The notes below the pieces were generated by a model. The model had not been told where the DNA came from and made no database searches. It saw only the letters and a program-made list of their open reading frames with translations. A program made the position numbers and the translations under genes. Source: Candidatus Nanohaloarchaea archaeon (GTDB lineage: Archaea > Nanohalarchaeota > Nanosalinia > Nanosalinales > Nanosalinaceae). From it: a DNA stretch of 64,000 bases. This document shows positions 8,362 to 19,143 of the stretch, in pieces. The stretch spans positions 32,001-96,000 of the forward strand of contig JBEQBC010000001.1 of assembly GCA_041640035.1 (NCBI GenBank), in the 5' to 3' direction. The stretch's first letter is position 1. Each line of letters opens with the position of its first letter.

Positions 8362-10904
8362 TGGCAGATCTAAGCTTCCTGATCGACAGCTTGAAAGAGA
8401 AACTCTCTAGAGAAGGAAAGGAGGACACAGATGAAGAAAAATTCCCGGATATGAACTATCTGGTCGGAAACACCTCAGGTATGGATGTATCTGCAGATAT
8501 ACCTTCTCCACTGGATCAGAGGATCGGAAGGATGGCACAGATCGGTGGAGAAATCATGGAGGTACAGCTAGCGAACCCTGCCACCTTCAAGATCGACCGT
8601 CCGGAACTCATGAATGTACTCAACCAGCTAGGTCTGGATATCAAACTGCACGCAGATCCTAACATCGGTTTCACAGGCGCCTACGCAACTCGGGGAGCAC
8701 AGGTGCAGGGATACACAGTTGTACATCGATACTTCAAAAGATACCTGGAACAGCTGGCCGGCTTTAAAGCTGATAAGGAGAGAAGATCAGAGGAAAAGGA
8801 TGGATTCAACTTTGATATCGGTTATGTGAATGTTCATGCCTCAACAGAACCAATTCCTGGATTGGAGGAGCAGATCGCATCGGATGTATCCGTAGACCCG
8901 TTCGGGAAGCCTGTAAAAGATGTTTATGCCGGTGATGAAGATGGAAAGAACATTTACCGGAACAAAAAGTTCATGGAGAACCTGTTCGACTACTTCCTAG
9001 ATGAGATGTTCGATAGGAAAAATATGTATCCAAGTTTCAGCAGATTTTCTACCAAGTTCAAAAAGAAGTGGAATGATAGCAAAGAGCAGGTTGCTAATAA
9101 TATTTTCACTTCTGATACAGATCTGCTCGCAGAGGATAGAGATATCTCCACGAGAAAAAAGATCAGATTAGTACAGAATGCAACCAGTAGAGATAGGGGA
9201 GTAGAAACTACATTCATGGAGGAGGCTCAAGATGAAAAGCTGGATAATCCTATTGAGTTTCAGACAGAGGTTCCAACCCAAGAGGACAATGATGAGACAA
9301 GAGAAGAAACTTCCGTCTATGAGAGTCTAGCTGAATTTATGAGTGCCTTATCTCAAGGCCCTTCGATCAGCAGTCTCGATGGATTTCTATATAAACTGCA
9401 GAATAATCCTCAATTACCTCCTAAAAAATACTTGGGAGGTCAGGATGTACCAGAAGAGATGCGTTATGAGCCTACTTCTGGCGAGGTAGCTAGAATTGAG
9501 GAACTGCTGAGAAGTGTTTTAAGATCAATATGGACAGGTGAAGATACACAGAACGACGGTAAAACCTTTTCTCTAAGTGCGAAGCAACATGCAATCTCGA
9601 ACACTCTGAATGATTTGAATAATGAAGAATTCGTAGATAAGGCTGATGATGAAGGAGTTAGAAAGGCAGCAAGAGCAGCTTTCTCAGGAGATGAAGAATA
9701 CTTTGATGATACAGATAATGATAATGTAGATTTGTTTCATGAACTGATTGAGAATACTAGGATACCTATTGGAAGAGAGATAGATAAAGAATCTGTAATG
9801 TTCTTCCATGTCCTTCCGGCCTGGATGCAGGTCGCAGATGAAGAATTTGAAGACCATAAAGGCTTCCCAAGCGCCAAATTTATCTGGGATCATGTGGTAG
9901 GTAACGGTTACGAGGGCTATGATGGCTTCAAAGGGAAAACTGAAGACGATAGAGAATTCCAGCTAGATGTCATTGCTGCAGTAGGCTGCTCATATATCTG
10001 GGGGCACTTCACACAATCCAGAGATAACTTCGAGATAAACGAGGAGAATTACAGAACCGGTGATATGTTCCTAGAAGAAAATGACGACTACACCTGGGCC
10101 CAGTGGATGAACAAGTTCGGACTCAAAGTTAACTTCGAAGCCATGTACGGAGATCCAGGAAGTCTTCTAAGAGTCTGGAGACCGAAGGATATCGCTATAG
10201 TCTGCCGTGCCATAAACATGACTGCAGAGAGAAATAGCAGTAACTGGGAAGAAGACTATCAGGGTGATATCGCCAAGTTCACTATCGATATGGAGCATAC
10301 CGCAAGCTTCGGAGTAGACCCATGGCCAGAGATGGAGGAACTGATCGAACAGGAGACAAAACTGGCCCAAGAAGGCTATGGAGTAGATGAGGACAAGCCT
10401 CTCGCAGATATCGTGAAAACATATCACCTGACAAAACCAGGATTTGAATCTTCACAGAGCCATAGACATGGCCCGTTCGCAAGAGGTGACAAAACTCTTT
10501 ACCGATGGCTTTACAGGATGGTGGAGGCAGGTTTCACACGCGTCGGAGAGGACGCCGATCCATCTGTAGTTATGTTCGAGGTCGGTGGAGAGTACGCAGA
10601 AGAGATGTTCGTTATACGCGTAGTTCTTGACATGATTAGACTGGGTATAGAACCAAAAGATGTCGATCCAAGCAAAGTCCCAATGGACGGAGAATATGAG
10701 AATGTCAAACAACAGCTTATAGCCCGTTTCTACGGTCTGGATCAGTCAAGGTTCAACCGTGAATGGGCGAAGATCGAAAGCCACGCATTTGACCCACTTG
10801 AAGGACTTCTTGAAGCCGAAGACTTCAACCATACATGGAGTGGAAGAGCAGCGCTTGAGAACGACATGCGGCCAGCAGAATGGAACCAGGAAGAGTTCAA
10901 ATAA
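8361..10904 (+). CDS. Xylose-isomerase-like/endonuclease IV TIM-barrel metalloenzyme with large insertion
   Basis: Ordered ligands KLHAD, NVHAS, NFEAM, IDMEH, YHLT, SHRHG, MFEVG; TAATG overlap with upstream gene. Confidence 0.75.
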   Translation: MADLSFLIDSLKEKLSREGKEDTDEEKFPDMNYLVGNTSGMDVSADIPSPLDQRIGRMAQIGGEIMEVQLANPATFKIDRPELMNVLNQLGLDIKLHADPNIGFTGAYATRGAQVQGYTVVHRYFKRYLEQLAGFKADKERRSEEKDGFNFDIGYVNVHASTEPIPGLEEQIASDVSVDPFGKPVKDVYAGDEDGKNIYRNKKFMENLFDYFLDEMFDRKNMYPSFSRFSTKFKKKWNDSKEQVANNIFTSDTDLLAEDRDISTRKKIRLVQNATSRDRGVETTFMEEAQDEKLDNPIEFQTEVPTQEDNDETREETSVYESLAEFMSALSQGPSISSLDGFLYKLQNNPQLPPKKYLGGQDVPEEMRYEPTSGEVARIEELLRSVLRSIWTGEDTQNDGKTFSLSAKQHAISNTLNDLNNEEFVDKADDEGVRKAARAAFSGDEEYFDDTDNDNVDLFHELIENTRIPIGREIDKESVMFFHVLPAWMQVADEEFEDHKGFPSAKFIWDHVVGNGYEGYDGFKGKTEDDREFQLDVIAAVGCSYIWGHFTQSRDNFEINEENYRTGDMFLEENDDYTWAQWMNKFGLKVNFEAMYGDPGSLLRVWRPKDIAIVCRAINMTAERNSSNWEEDYQGDIAKFTIDMEHTASFGVDPWPEMEELIEQETKLAQEGYGVDEDKPLADIVKTYHLTKPGFESSQSHRHGPFARGDKTLYRWLYRMVEAGFTRVGEDADPSVVMFEVGGEYAEEMFVIRVVLDMIRLGIEPKDVDPSKVPMDGEYENVKQQLIARFYGLDQSRFNREWAKIESHAFDPLEGLLEAEDFNHTWSGRAALENDMRPAEWNQEEFK

Positions 10905-10996
10905 GCCAGTTATCCAGAGAGGTCGATTGCATGGGAACTTGGAAATTTTAAAAGGTTCCAAAACCCCTTCATAAGTATAAGGTAGGTACCAAAGCC

Positions 10997-12262
10997 ATGG
11001 TTTCTAAAGACAAGATGAAAGAGATGCGAGAGAAGTCGCAGGAAAGAAGAATGGAAGCGGCAGAAGAATTCTCGGACAAGCTAAACGAAAAACTAGGTGA
11101 CAAAGTAAAGGTAGTAGCAGTCTGGGGAAGCGTCTCCAAAGGAGAACACGGCTACGACAGCGATATAGACACACTTGTAATACTAGACGATACCAAACTG
11201 GAAAAAGATGTACCAGACGACGCCAAAGACAAGATAAGAAAGAAAGTAACCAACCTAGCCAAAGAAACCGACGACAGAATAACAATACAGTACTTCCCAT
11301 TTCTAACAGAATTCTGGGACTCACTGCGGAAAGGAGAGCCACTGGCAATCGAAGCAGTAAGACACGGACAACCAGTATACGATACAGGACTATTCATGCC
11401 TGCCAAAAGACTGCTGCAGAGAGGAAAAATCTCTGGAACACAGGAATCGGTCAAAAAACGACTGAAGACTGCCGCAGCAGGTTATAAGAAAGCAGAGAAG
11501 ACAGTAAGATCCTCAACGCCACATAAGCTCGAACAGGCAATGGCAAACGCCGGTCAGGGACCAATAATGCTTGCAGGAAAAGCTCCTCCAGGCAAGGAAA
11601 AAGTACCGGATGTCCTAGAGGAAATGTTTGTCGAAAAAGGTATGCTCGAACAGGAATATGTTGATATGGCCCGTGATATCTACGAGCTAGGAGATAAAGG
11701 AGAGAAGAACCCTGAAGAAGTCACAGGAGAAGAGCTTGAAGATGTACTTGACAAGACCGATGACTTTGTCCGCAGGATGCATAAACTCGTCTCACAGCTC
11801 TCAGCAGAGAGAAAAGTCAAAGGCATAGTAGACGACTACAAGAAGTTCCTCAAGGCGAATATCGCCGCGCTCAAATCACAGGGCGTCGAACCACCAGAAG
11901 ACAAGGACGACCTCCCTCAGGTAGTAGAGGAGAACCTTGATGTGGACGATGAGCATATCGAGATGTTTGACCGCTGGGAACATGTAGTCAGCAAGATCAA
12001 GGACAAGGAACTTGATGATGTAGATGAGAAAGAGATCTACGAGCTGAAGAACGAGTCACAGGACTTTGTATCAGATGTCGGAAAGGATATCCAGAAACTG
12101 AAGGACAAGAAGGCCAAGAACATGACTCCTCAGATGGATACGGACTCAATCGCCAAGGCAGCGAACACCGAAAAAGTAGTTCCAGACCTTGACAAAGAAG
12201 CTGAGAGAAAGGCTGAGGAAGAGATCGATGAGGACGAAGAACCTGAGGACAAACCTCAGTAA
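10997..12262 (+). CDS. Minimal nucleotidyltransferase fused to a degenerate HEPN-like domain and acidic tail
   Basis: WGSVSKG...DSDIDTLVILDD pol-beta motif; helical second domain lacking Rx4H. Confidence 0.85.
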   Translation: MVSKDKMKEMREKSQERRMEAAEEFSDKLNEKLGDKVKVVAVWGSVSKGEHGYDSDIDTLVILDDTKLEKDVPDDAKDKIRKKVTNLAKETDDRITIQYFPFLTEFWDSLRKGEPLAIEAVRHGQPVYDTGLFMPAKRLLQRGKISGTQESVKKRLKTAAAGYKKAEKTVRSSTPHKLEQAMANAGQGPIMLAGKAPPGKEKVPDVLEEMFVEKGMLEQEYVDMARDIYELGDKGEKNPEEVTGEELEDVLDKTDDFVRRMHKLVSQLSAERKVKGIVDDYKKFLKANIAALKSQGVEPPEDKDDLPQVVEENLDVDDEHIEMFDRWEHVVSKIKDKELDDVDEKEIYELKNESQDFVSDVGKDIQKLKDKKAKNMTPQMDTDSIAKAANTEKVVPDLDKEAERKAEEEIDEDEEPEDKPQ

Positions 12263-12279
12263 CTCTATTTTTTCTACTT

Positions 12280-12711
12280 TTAATTTTCATCAGGGAAAAG
12301 ATACTCTCTGATATGACTGTGCTCCAGCTTCCAGACTTTATCTTTTACTTCTGATTTCTTCACGAACTCCGGTTCACCTTCCCAGGAACCGTTTTTCTCA
12401 CCTTCGACTACCTGGGCCTCAAAGAAGACGGTGAAACCTCCATCGTTCGTACGGAGATCAAGCAGGTCATGTACTTCTATCTCAAAACCTGTTTCCTCAA
12501 GTACTTCCCGTTTTACAGCTTGTTTCGGGTCTTCTCCTGCCTTGATCAGACCGCCAGGCAGTTTGTACTCGCCATCAAGGTTCAGTACAAGTATGTCATC
12601 GTTTTCGCCGTGGACCAGTGCAGAGGCTGAAGGTGCGGACCAGAAAACACGGCTTAATAGCTTTGCTGCGTACTTTTCAGGGTACTTCTTAATGGTTTTT
12701 CCAAGGTTCAT
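12280..12711 (-). CDS. NUDIX hydrolase
   Basis: LPGG...GEDPKQAVKREVLEETG Nudix box; ATG at 12711 preferred. Confidence 0.9.
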   Translation of the reverse strand: MNLGKTIKKYPEKYAAKLLSRVFWSAPSASALVHGENDDILVLNLDGEYKLPGGLIKAGEDPKQAVKREVLEETGFEIEVHDLLDLRTNDGGFTVFFEAQVVEGEKNGSWEGEPEFVKKSEVKDKVWKLEHSHIREYLFPDEN

Positions 12712-12738
12712 ATAACTTGAATTTACCAATTCAGGTTT

Positions 12739-13116
12739 ATGAGAGTACTATTTGTATGTGAAGGAAACAGGTTTCGCAGCATGATAGCAGAAGCATTCGC
12801 GAAAAGAGAAGGAATGGAAGCTGACTCAGCCGGCACAGAAGCCACAGGTCCGGTATTCGACGAAGTCAAACAGATGGTTCAAGAATACGACCTAGAGGAC
12901 TATGTAGATTACAACCCTGAACAGGTCTCACAGGATAAAGTAGATGAAGCAACCCGGATCGTCTGTATGACGGAGGATCAGGCAGAGTTCGTTCAGAAAA
13001 TCTACGGAGCCGACCCTGATAATGTAGAGGTCTGGGATTTTGAAGACAGAAGTCCGGAAGATGACCTAGGAGAAGTTATGGAAGGTATTTTCCAGAAAGT
13101 GTTGGAGATAAAATAA
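12739..13116 (+). CDS. Low-molecular-weight phosphatase / ArsC family protein
   Basis: VLFVCEGNRFRSMIAEA CX5R loop; SAGT motif. Confidence 0.9.
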   Translation: MRVLFVCEGNRFRSMIAEAFAKREGMEADSAGTEATGPVFDEVKQMVQEYDLEDYVDYNPEQVSQDKVDEATRIVCMTEDQAEFVQKIYGADPDNVEVWDFEDRSPEDDLGEVMEGIFQKVLEIK

Positions 13117-13140
13117 GAATTAAAGGTATAGAAAGAGGAT

Positions 13141-13770
13141 TTAATCCTCTTCAGACATTTCTTTAACTTTCTTCATACGAAATGTTTCCTCTCGCTCGCT
13201 TTCCTCAAGTGTCTGGGACACATAGTCAAGTGAGTCCTGCATCTCTGGAATAACCTTGTGCTCCAAGGCATTCACTCGTCTTTTCGTCTTTTCAATTTCG
13301 TCAAGAAGTCTGAGGATCTTTGTCTGTGTCTCAGCTGCCTCGATAATCTTCTCCACCAGTTCCTCGTACTTGTCTGCTGTGGAGTCTATTCTTGAAGTGG
13401 CTGAGGTGATTCCGTACTCCCGTGAAAGGATATCGGTCCTGACTTTCTCTGAACTGATCTCAGGTACGACTACTCCCATGATGTTGGAGGTTGTGGACTC
13501 AACCAGTGGTTCCGAGCTGATTGACATTGCGTTGGATCTTACTGCGTCTTCTCCGTCGTATACTTTTGCCATCAGTAGTTTGAGCCGTGCCTGGCTGTAT
13601 AGATTGGCCAGTTCCTCGTTTACATCCTGAGCGTCGTCAATTACCTGCATGAATTCATGGATGAGGCCATCTCTCTTCTTCTCCAGGATTTCGTGGCCGT
13701 TCTCTGCCAGTTCGATTCTTTCCTTCAGTCTGAGTTCCTCGCTTCTTGTTGGGCTTACATCCTCAGCCAT
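13141..13770 (-). CDS. atpD: A-type ATP synthase subunit D
   Basis: PTRSE.L.LK...GH.IL.KKRD; EIEKTKRRVNALE. Confidence 0.97.
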   Translation of the reverse strand: MAEDVSPTRSEELRLKERIELAENGHEILEKKRDGLIHEFMQVIDDAQDVNEELANLYSQARLKLLMAKVYDGEDAVRSNAMSISSEPLVESTTSNIMGVVVPEISSEKVRTDILSREYGITSATSRIDSTADKYEELVEKIIEAAETQTKILRLLDEIEKTKRRVNALEHKVIPEMQDSLDYVSQTLEESEREETFRMKKVKEMSEED

Positions 13771-13787
13771 GAATCAATTTTTCACCT

Positions 13788-15170
13788 CTATTCCTCGTTT
13801 CCACGGTTTTCAAGGTGTTCTTTACGGGTTTCTGGGTCGATTCTTGTGAGTTCGTCTTCTGGTAGGATTGATAGCAGGTCCCATCCGATCTCCAGTGAGT
13901 CCTCGATATCCCGGTTCTCGTCGAATCCTTGATTGATGAACTGTTTCTCGAACTGTCTTGCGAACTCGAGTACTTTTTCATCTCTGTCGGAGAGTGCGTC
14001 TTCTCCAACGATGGATACAAGGTCTCGTAGGCTTTCTCCTTCAGCGTACATTGCGTAAAGCTGATCTTTCACATCAGGGTGGTCTGCGCGGGTGAATCCT
14101 TCTCCGATTCCGTTGTCCATGAGTCGGGAAAGGCTTGGAAGGATGTTGATCGGAGGCTTGTAGCCCTTGTTGTCGAGGTCTCTGTCGACTACGATCTGTC
14201 CCTCTGTGATGTATCCTGTGAGGTCTGGGATTGGATGTGTCTTGTCGTCGTTAGGCATCGTCAGGATCGGGATCTGTGTAACTGAACCGTTTCTACCTTG
14301 GATTAGTCCTGCTCGTTCGTAGAGTTCTGCCAGGTTGGTGTACATGTATCCTGGGTATCCTCTACGGCCTGGTACTTCTTCTCGTGCTGCACTTACTTCT
14401 CGTAGTGCGTTGCAGTAGTTGGTCATGTCTGTCATGATGACCAGTACTTCCATTCCCTGATCGTATGCCAGGTACTCTGCTGTTGTCAGTGCGAGTCGTG
14501 GTGTGATCAGTCTTTCTGGTGCTGGGTCGTCTGCTTTGTTCAGGAATACTACGGAGCGTTCAAGTGCTCCTGTTTCTCTGAACTCCTGCATGAACTGCTG
14601 GCTTTCCTCTTCTGTAATTCCCATTCCTGCGAATACTACTGCGAAGTCGCTGTCGTCGCCTTTAACTTCTGCCTGTCGGGCGATCTGCATAGCTACTTCG
14701 TTGTGAGGTAGTCCGGATCCTGAGAAGATCGGTAGTTTCTGTCCTCGGACGAGTGTGTTGGTTACATCGATTGTGGAGATACCGGTCTGGATGAAGTCTT
14801 CCGGTAGTTCTCGGCTTGAAGGGTTGATTGCTTCTCCCTGTATATCTCTTTCTTCATCCGGAATGATTTCCGGTCCGTCGTCGATTGGGTCTCCTGTTCC
14901 GTCGAGGATTCTGCCTAGCAGGTCTTCTGTTACAGGCATCTTGACATTCTCTCCCATGAACCTTACATGGGCGTCCTGTCCGATTCCCTGTGTTTCCTCG
15001 TAGACCTGTACTACTACGATGTCCTTGCTGGTTTCCAGGACTTCTCCTTTCTTTGTTTCGCCGTCCGGAGTTTCGATCTCTACGATATCTCCGTAGGCTA
15101 CATCGTGGGTTTTCTCTACATATACTAGAGGTCCTGAAATTTCGTTTATCGTCTTGTATTCTTCTTGCAT
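13788..15170 (-). CDS. atpB: A-type ATP synthase subunit B
   Basis: [15 protein letters not shown]; [15 protein letters not shown]. Confidence 0.98.
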   Translation of the reverse strand: MQEEYKTINEISGPLVYVEKTHDVAYGDIVEIETPDGETKKGEVLETSKDIVVVQVYEETQGIGQDAHVRFMGENVKMPVTEDLLGRILDGTGDPIDDGPEIIPDEERDIQGEAINPSSRELPEDFIQTGISTIDVTNTLVRGQKLPIFSGSGLPHNEVAMQIARQAEVKGDDSDFAVVFAGMGITEEESQQFMQEFRETGALERSVVFLNKADDPAPERLITPRLALTTAEYLAYDQGMEVLVIMTDMTNYCNALREVSAAREEVPGRRGYPGYMYTNLAELYERAGLIQGRNGSVTQIPILTMPNDDKTHPIPDLTGYITEGQIVVDRDLDNKGYKPPINILPSLSRLMDNGIGEGFTRADHPDVKDQLYAMYAEGESLRDLVSIVGEDALSDRDEKVLEFARQFEKQFINQGFDENRDIEDSLEIGWDLLSILPEDELTRIDPETRKEHLENRGNEE

Positions 15171-15186
15171 TTTTGGTTCACCTCTG

Positions 15187-16923
15187 TTACTGGTCTACAA
15201 CCTCTTCGAACTCTTCATCCATCTGTTCACGGATTTCTTCTTCAAGTTCTTCGTATTCTTCGGTTGTTGCCAGTTCGCTAATCCTGTTCTTGGAGGACAG
15301 GTTGATGATGTCTTCTACCATCGCACCTTGGTCATGTGCTTCATGTGCCTGGTCACCCCAGTCAAGGATCAAGCTGATTATATCATAGGTTTTCTGAGGG
15401 CTGCAGTACTGGTCAACATCGTGGAAAGCGTTCTGCTGAAGGAAGAACTGCTTGACCAGTGTAGCGATCTCCAGTGTAAGTCTTTCTCCTTCTGGCAGTG
15501 CGTCTTTTCCAACAAGCTGGACTGTTTCCTGTAGTTCTCCGTCTTTCTGAAGTAGGTCCTGTGTTCTCTGAATCTTTTCAGGCCAGTCATCTGCTACCTC
15601 TTCCTTGAAGTATCCTTCAAGTGTTTCCTTGTAACCGGAGTAACTGTCGTTCCAGTTGATTGAAGGGAAGTGCCGTTTCTCTGCTAGGTCTGCGTCCAGA
15701 GCCCAGAAGTTCTTAACTACTCTCAGTGTGTTCTGGGTGACTGGTTCGGAGAAGTCTCCTCCTGGAGGGCTGACTGCTCCGATGATAGATACTGAGCCTG
15801 GTTCTTCAGGTCCTAAAGGTACTCCTCGGCCTGCTCGCTCATAGAACTCTGCAAGTCGGGATGCTAGGTATGCCGGGTATCCTCTTTCTCCAGGCATCTC
15901 TTCCAGTCTGGCACTTACTTCTCGCATAGCTTCAGCCCATCGGGAAGTACTGTCTGCCATCAGTGCGACATCCAGTCCCATGTCTCTGAAGTATTCTGCG
16001 ATTGTTACTCCTGTGTAGATGGATGCTTCTCGTGCTGCTACAGGCATGTTCGATGTGTTTGCGATCAGTACTGTTCTATTAATGATTTTATCTCCTGTCT
16101 GTGGATCTTCAAGTTCTGGGAACTCTTCGAGGACTTCTGTCATCTCGTTTCCTCTTTCTCCACATCCGATGTAGACGATGATGTCTGCGTCGGAGAACTT
16201 TGCCAGGCTTTGCTGTGTAACTGTTTTTCCTGATCCGAATGGTCCTGGGATTGCTGCTGTTCCTCCTTTTGCGATTGGGAACAGGCCGTCAAGTACTCTC
16301 TGTCCTGTGATGAGTGGTACTTCTGGTCGAAGGCTTTCTTCGACATTTCTTGGCTGTCTGATAGGCCATTCCTGGCGCATCTGAATTTCTTCGCCATTTT
16401 CAAGTGTGACTACTGTTTCTGTGACATTGTAGTTTCCTTCGTTGACTTCTTTGACTTCTGCTTCTTCGATATCTGGAGGTGTCAGTACTTTGTGTTCTCC
16501 GTACTGTACTTCGACGGTTCCTACTACATCTCCACCTGAGACTTTGTCTCCTTCTTCTACTTCAGGCTGGAAGTCGTATTCTTCTTCTAGGTCGATTCCT
16601 GGTGCGGTTTCTCCTCTTGCGATGAAGTCTCCGGTCTGTTCCTGAAGCTGTTCGAGCGGTCTCTGAAGTCCGTCGTAGATTGATCCAAGTAGTCCTGGAC
16701 CAAGTTCTACGGATAAAGGCTGTTCTGTGTTTTTAACTGGTTCTCCTGGTTTTACTCCTGTCGTATCTTCGTAGACCTGGATGTATGCTTTGTCTCCCTC
16801 GATCTGAATGACTTCGCCCATCAGGCCTTCTTCTCCGACTTTTACAACATCGTACATCTGCGGTTCCATCCCTGTCGCGATGACGACAGGTCCGGTTACC
16901 TTGTAGATTTCTCCTTGTGACAT
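15187..16923 (-). CDS. atpA: A-type ATP synthase subunit A
   Basis: GPFGSGKT; GCGERGNEM; [13 protein letters not shown]; normal length, no intein. Confidence 0.98.
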   Translation of the reverse strand: MSQGEIYKVTGPVVIATGMEPQMYDVVKVGEEGLMGEVIQIEGDKAYIQVYEDTTGVKPGEPVKNTEQPLSVELGPGLLGSIYDGLQRPLEQLQEQTGDFIARGETAPGIDLEEEYDFQPEVEEGDKVSGGDVVGTVEVQYGEHKVLTPPDIEEAEVKEVNEGNYNVTETVVTLENGEEIQMRQEWPIRQPRNVEESLRPEVPLITGQRVLDGLFPIAKGGTAAIPGPFGSGKTVTQQSLAKFSDADIIVYIGCGERGNEMTEVLEEFPELEDPQTGDKIINRTVLIANTSNMPVAAREASIYTGVTIAEYFRDMGLDVALMADSTSRWAEAMREVSARLEEMPGERGYPAYLASRLAEFYERAGRGVPLGPEEPGSVSIIGAVSPPGGDFSEPVTQNTLRVVKNFWALDADLAEKRHFPSINWNDSYSGYKETLEGYFKEEVADDWPEKIQRTQDLLQKDGELQETVQLVGKDALPEGERLTLEIATLVKQFFLQQNAFHDVDQYCSPQKTYDIISLILDWGDQAHEAHDQGAMVEDIINLSSKNRISELATTEEYEELEEEIREQMDEEFEEVVDQ

Positions 16924-16964
16924 TTTTTGTGTTACCTCTTGTAGTATAGATTAAAGCTGTGTTT

Positions 16965-17267
16965 TTATCCTGTGATATCGGCTCCGATAGCCTTCTTGAT
17001 TTTCTCCTGTAGGTGAACGCTTTCCGCGTCTTGGCTTAGACTCACTACTACCGGGTCTACATTGTTCTGAACCTGGTTCTGAATCCTTTTCGGCAGTTCC
17101 TTGACATCACTCTGTTTTGCGATGATGATACCAAGTTCTTCGCTTTCAAGTAGTTCCTGGATCTGTTCCTGGTAGTTTTTAGGGTTGTAGATTTCCTGGA
17201 TTCCTGCTAACTGGAATCCTGTCGTGAATTCTTGTTCTCCTATTGCTGCGATCTTTTTCTTCTCCAT
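16965..17267 (-). CDS. atpF: A-type ATP synthase subunit F
   Basis: IAAIG..EFTTGFQLAGI; IKKAIGADI; operon position. Confidence 0.95.
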   Translation of the reverse strand: MEKKKIAAIGEQEFTTGFQLAGIQEIYNPKNYQEQIQELLESEELGIIIAKQSDVKELPKRIQNQVQNNVDPVVVSLSQDAESVHLQEKIKKAIGADITG

Positions 17268-18268
17268 TATGCTATCACCAGGTTGTCTTTGATAGTTTCC
17301 TGATTCTGGATACCGGTTTCCTTGGCACGGATAAGCATCCGCAGGTTTCTGACCTCGATAGTCTTTGCAACTATGTAACCGATGATCGAGGTGATGTCCA
17401 GTGGTTCACGGTGAAGAGTCTTCAACGCGTTCTCCAGCCGGTTGACCTCCAACTGGTGTTCGATTTCCTCGAGTCCTGCTTCATCGTCAAACCGGATATC
17501 GAGTTCCTCCTCGATGATTCCTGTTGCTTCTTCTAGACTGGAGCAGTTGATACATTCCTCCAGTAGTGAGTCCTTTCCGTTCTTGAGAAGCCGTTCCCGG
17601 ATTTCATCTGGTTCTACATCGTATTTCTTCAGTCTCAAAGCGATTTTCAGGTTCTCGTACTTCATCTCTTCCTTGATGAATTTCTTCAGGTGGCTGTTTC
17701 TGATTCTGGTTGCCAGGTTGTTCATCTCGTCGAAGTAAGCCTGGTCGAGTGCTGCCTCGATTTCATGAAGTTCTTCTTTTCCTTCAAGGTACTCCTGATA
17801 GTTTATACTGGAGTCCTCGAACTCTATGTTGTCCTTGATGTGTTCGAAACTTTTGTTCGATAGTTCGAGTAGTTCTTGTAGTGTGAAGCCGGTTACAGGT
17901 GTTAGAAGACCGGCTAGTTCCTGTTCCTTATCTGTTTTCTTTGCTCTTAGTATTCTTTTCAGGCTGAGAATATCGTATCTTCTCAGGTATGTGGTCATGG
18001 TCTCTTCAAGTGCTTCTGGTGAGATCTCTGCTAGGTGGCTGAATGTGTTAGCTAAATTGCGTGCTAGTGCCAGTTCAACGAGTTCGACTCCTTCGTATGT
18101 GGAGCCGAGTTCGTTGATTTCTTCCTTGTATTCTCCTTCTTCTAGGTTGCGTGCGATTTCGCTTGGCTCCATCTTGATTAGTTTGTTGTAGTCTCTTTCT
18201 TCTAGGAGCTTGGCTTTCTTCGCACTTACCCGTGCGTACATGTAGGGGTAGTCGTTGGATAGTTTCAT
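17267..18268 (-). CDS. atpC: A-type ATP synthase subunit C
   Basis: YPYMYARVSAKKAKLL; EVRNLRMLIRAK; operon position. Confidence 0.95.
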   Translation of the reverse strand: MKLSNDYPYMYARVSAKKAKLLEERDYNKLIKMEPSEIARNLEEGEYKEEINELGSTYEGVELVELALARNLANTFSHLAEISPEALEETMTTYLRRYDILSLKRILRAKKTDKEQELAGLLTPVTGFTLQELLELSNKSFEHIKDNIEFEDSSINYQEYLEGKEELHEIEAALDQAYFDEMNNLATRIRNSHLKKFIKEEMKYENLKIALRLKKYDVEPDEIRERLLKNGKDSLLEECINCSSLEEATGIIEEELDIRFDDEAGLEEIEHQLEVNRLENALKTLHREPLDITSIIGYIVAKTIEVRNLRMLIRAKETGIQNQETIKDNLVIA

Positions 18269-18807
18269 TTGAAGAGCTTGTCTGCGACCTGTTTTCGATG
18301 ATTTTCACGGAATTCACGGAAGATTTTGTCAAAGCTGTAATCTCTTCTTCTTTCCCCATCCTCTGACTGGATGATGAATCCTTGTTTATCTCTTTCCTCG
18401 AACTCTAGATCATGGCTGTCAGCAGCTTCCTCGAACTCTTCGCTTCCGATAACCTTTCCTACATCGAAGACTGTCTCACTTACTGCATTTTCAACCATAT
18501 TCTCAGCTTCTTCACTGGATAGATCCTTGATTTCTTCCTCGACTTCTTCGAATACCTTTGTTATCTCTTCTTTCTCTGCTTCCAGTTTCTTTCTCTTGGC
18601 TTCCATTCTTGCGTTCGAGATTTTCTTCTGCCGGATGTCTTTCTTTCGTTCTTCGATCTCTTCCTGTGTTTCTTCTTTGATTTCTTCTGCTTTTTCCTCT
18701 GCTTCTTCCATCCGCTGTTCTCTGTAATCCTCTGCTTCTTCCTTGATATCAGCAGATTGTTCTTCTGCCTCATCAAGTATCTCGTCTTTTACCTGTTGTA
18801 GTCCCAT
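18265..18807 (-). CDS. atpE: A-type ATP synthase subunit E
   Basis: MGLQQVKDEILDEA helical stalk; operon position. Confidence 0.92.
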   Translation of the reverse strand: MGLQQVKDEILDEAEEQSADIKEEAEDYREQRMEEAEEKAEEIKEETQEEIEERKKDIRQKKISNARMEAKRKKLEAEKEEITKVFEEVEEEIKDLSSEEAENMVENAVSETVFDVGKVIGSEEFEEAADSHDLEFEERDKQGFIIQSEDGERRRDYSFDKIFREFRENHRKQVADKLFK

Positions 18808-18863
18808 AGTATCTTGTTTTCAACCTCGTTTCGTGCTTGTATTGTAAATAAAGTGTGTAAAGA

Positions 18864-18879
18864 CGGGCGTTGCCGCCCG
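18864..18879 (-). promoter_or_regulatory. GC-rich hairpin with GNRA loop just downstream of atpK
   Basis: mRNA strand reads CGGGCG-GCAA-CGCCCG in an otherwise AT-rich spacer. Confidence 0.65.
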
Positions 18880-18893
18880 CTTGAATTAAACTT

Positions 18894-19115
18894 CTATCCG
18901 ATGAATCCGGTAACAACCAGTGCGACTACCAGTCCGAAAATTACAATTGTCTCTGGAAGTGCTGTTAGGATAAGCACATTTCCGAAGAGACCGTCGTCTT
19001 CGGCTAGTGCACCTACTCCAGCGGACCCGATCTTTGCCTGAGCCCAAGCTGTAGCTAGTGCGGAAACTCCTAGTGCTAGTGCTGCACCGATTGCTGCCAT
19101 TCCTTCTACTGCCAT
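18894..19115 (-). CDS. atpK: A-type ATP synthase proteolipid subunit K (c)
   Basis: Two TM helices; ALPETIVIFGL with catalytic Glu. Confidence 0.97.
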   Translation of the reverse strand: MAVEGMAAIGAALALGVSALATAWAQAKIGSAGVGALAEDDGLFGNVLILTALPETIVIFGLVVALVVTGFIG

Positions 19116-19143
19116 TGTGTGATTTTCACCTCAAATATTGTTT

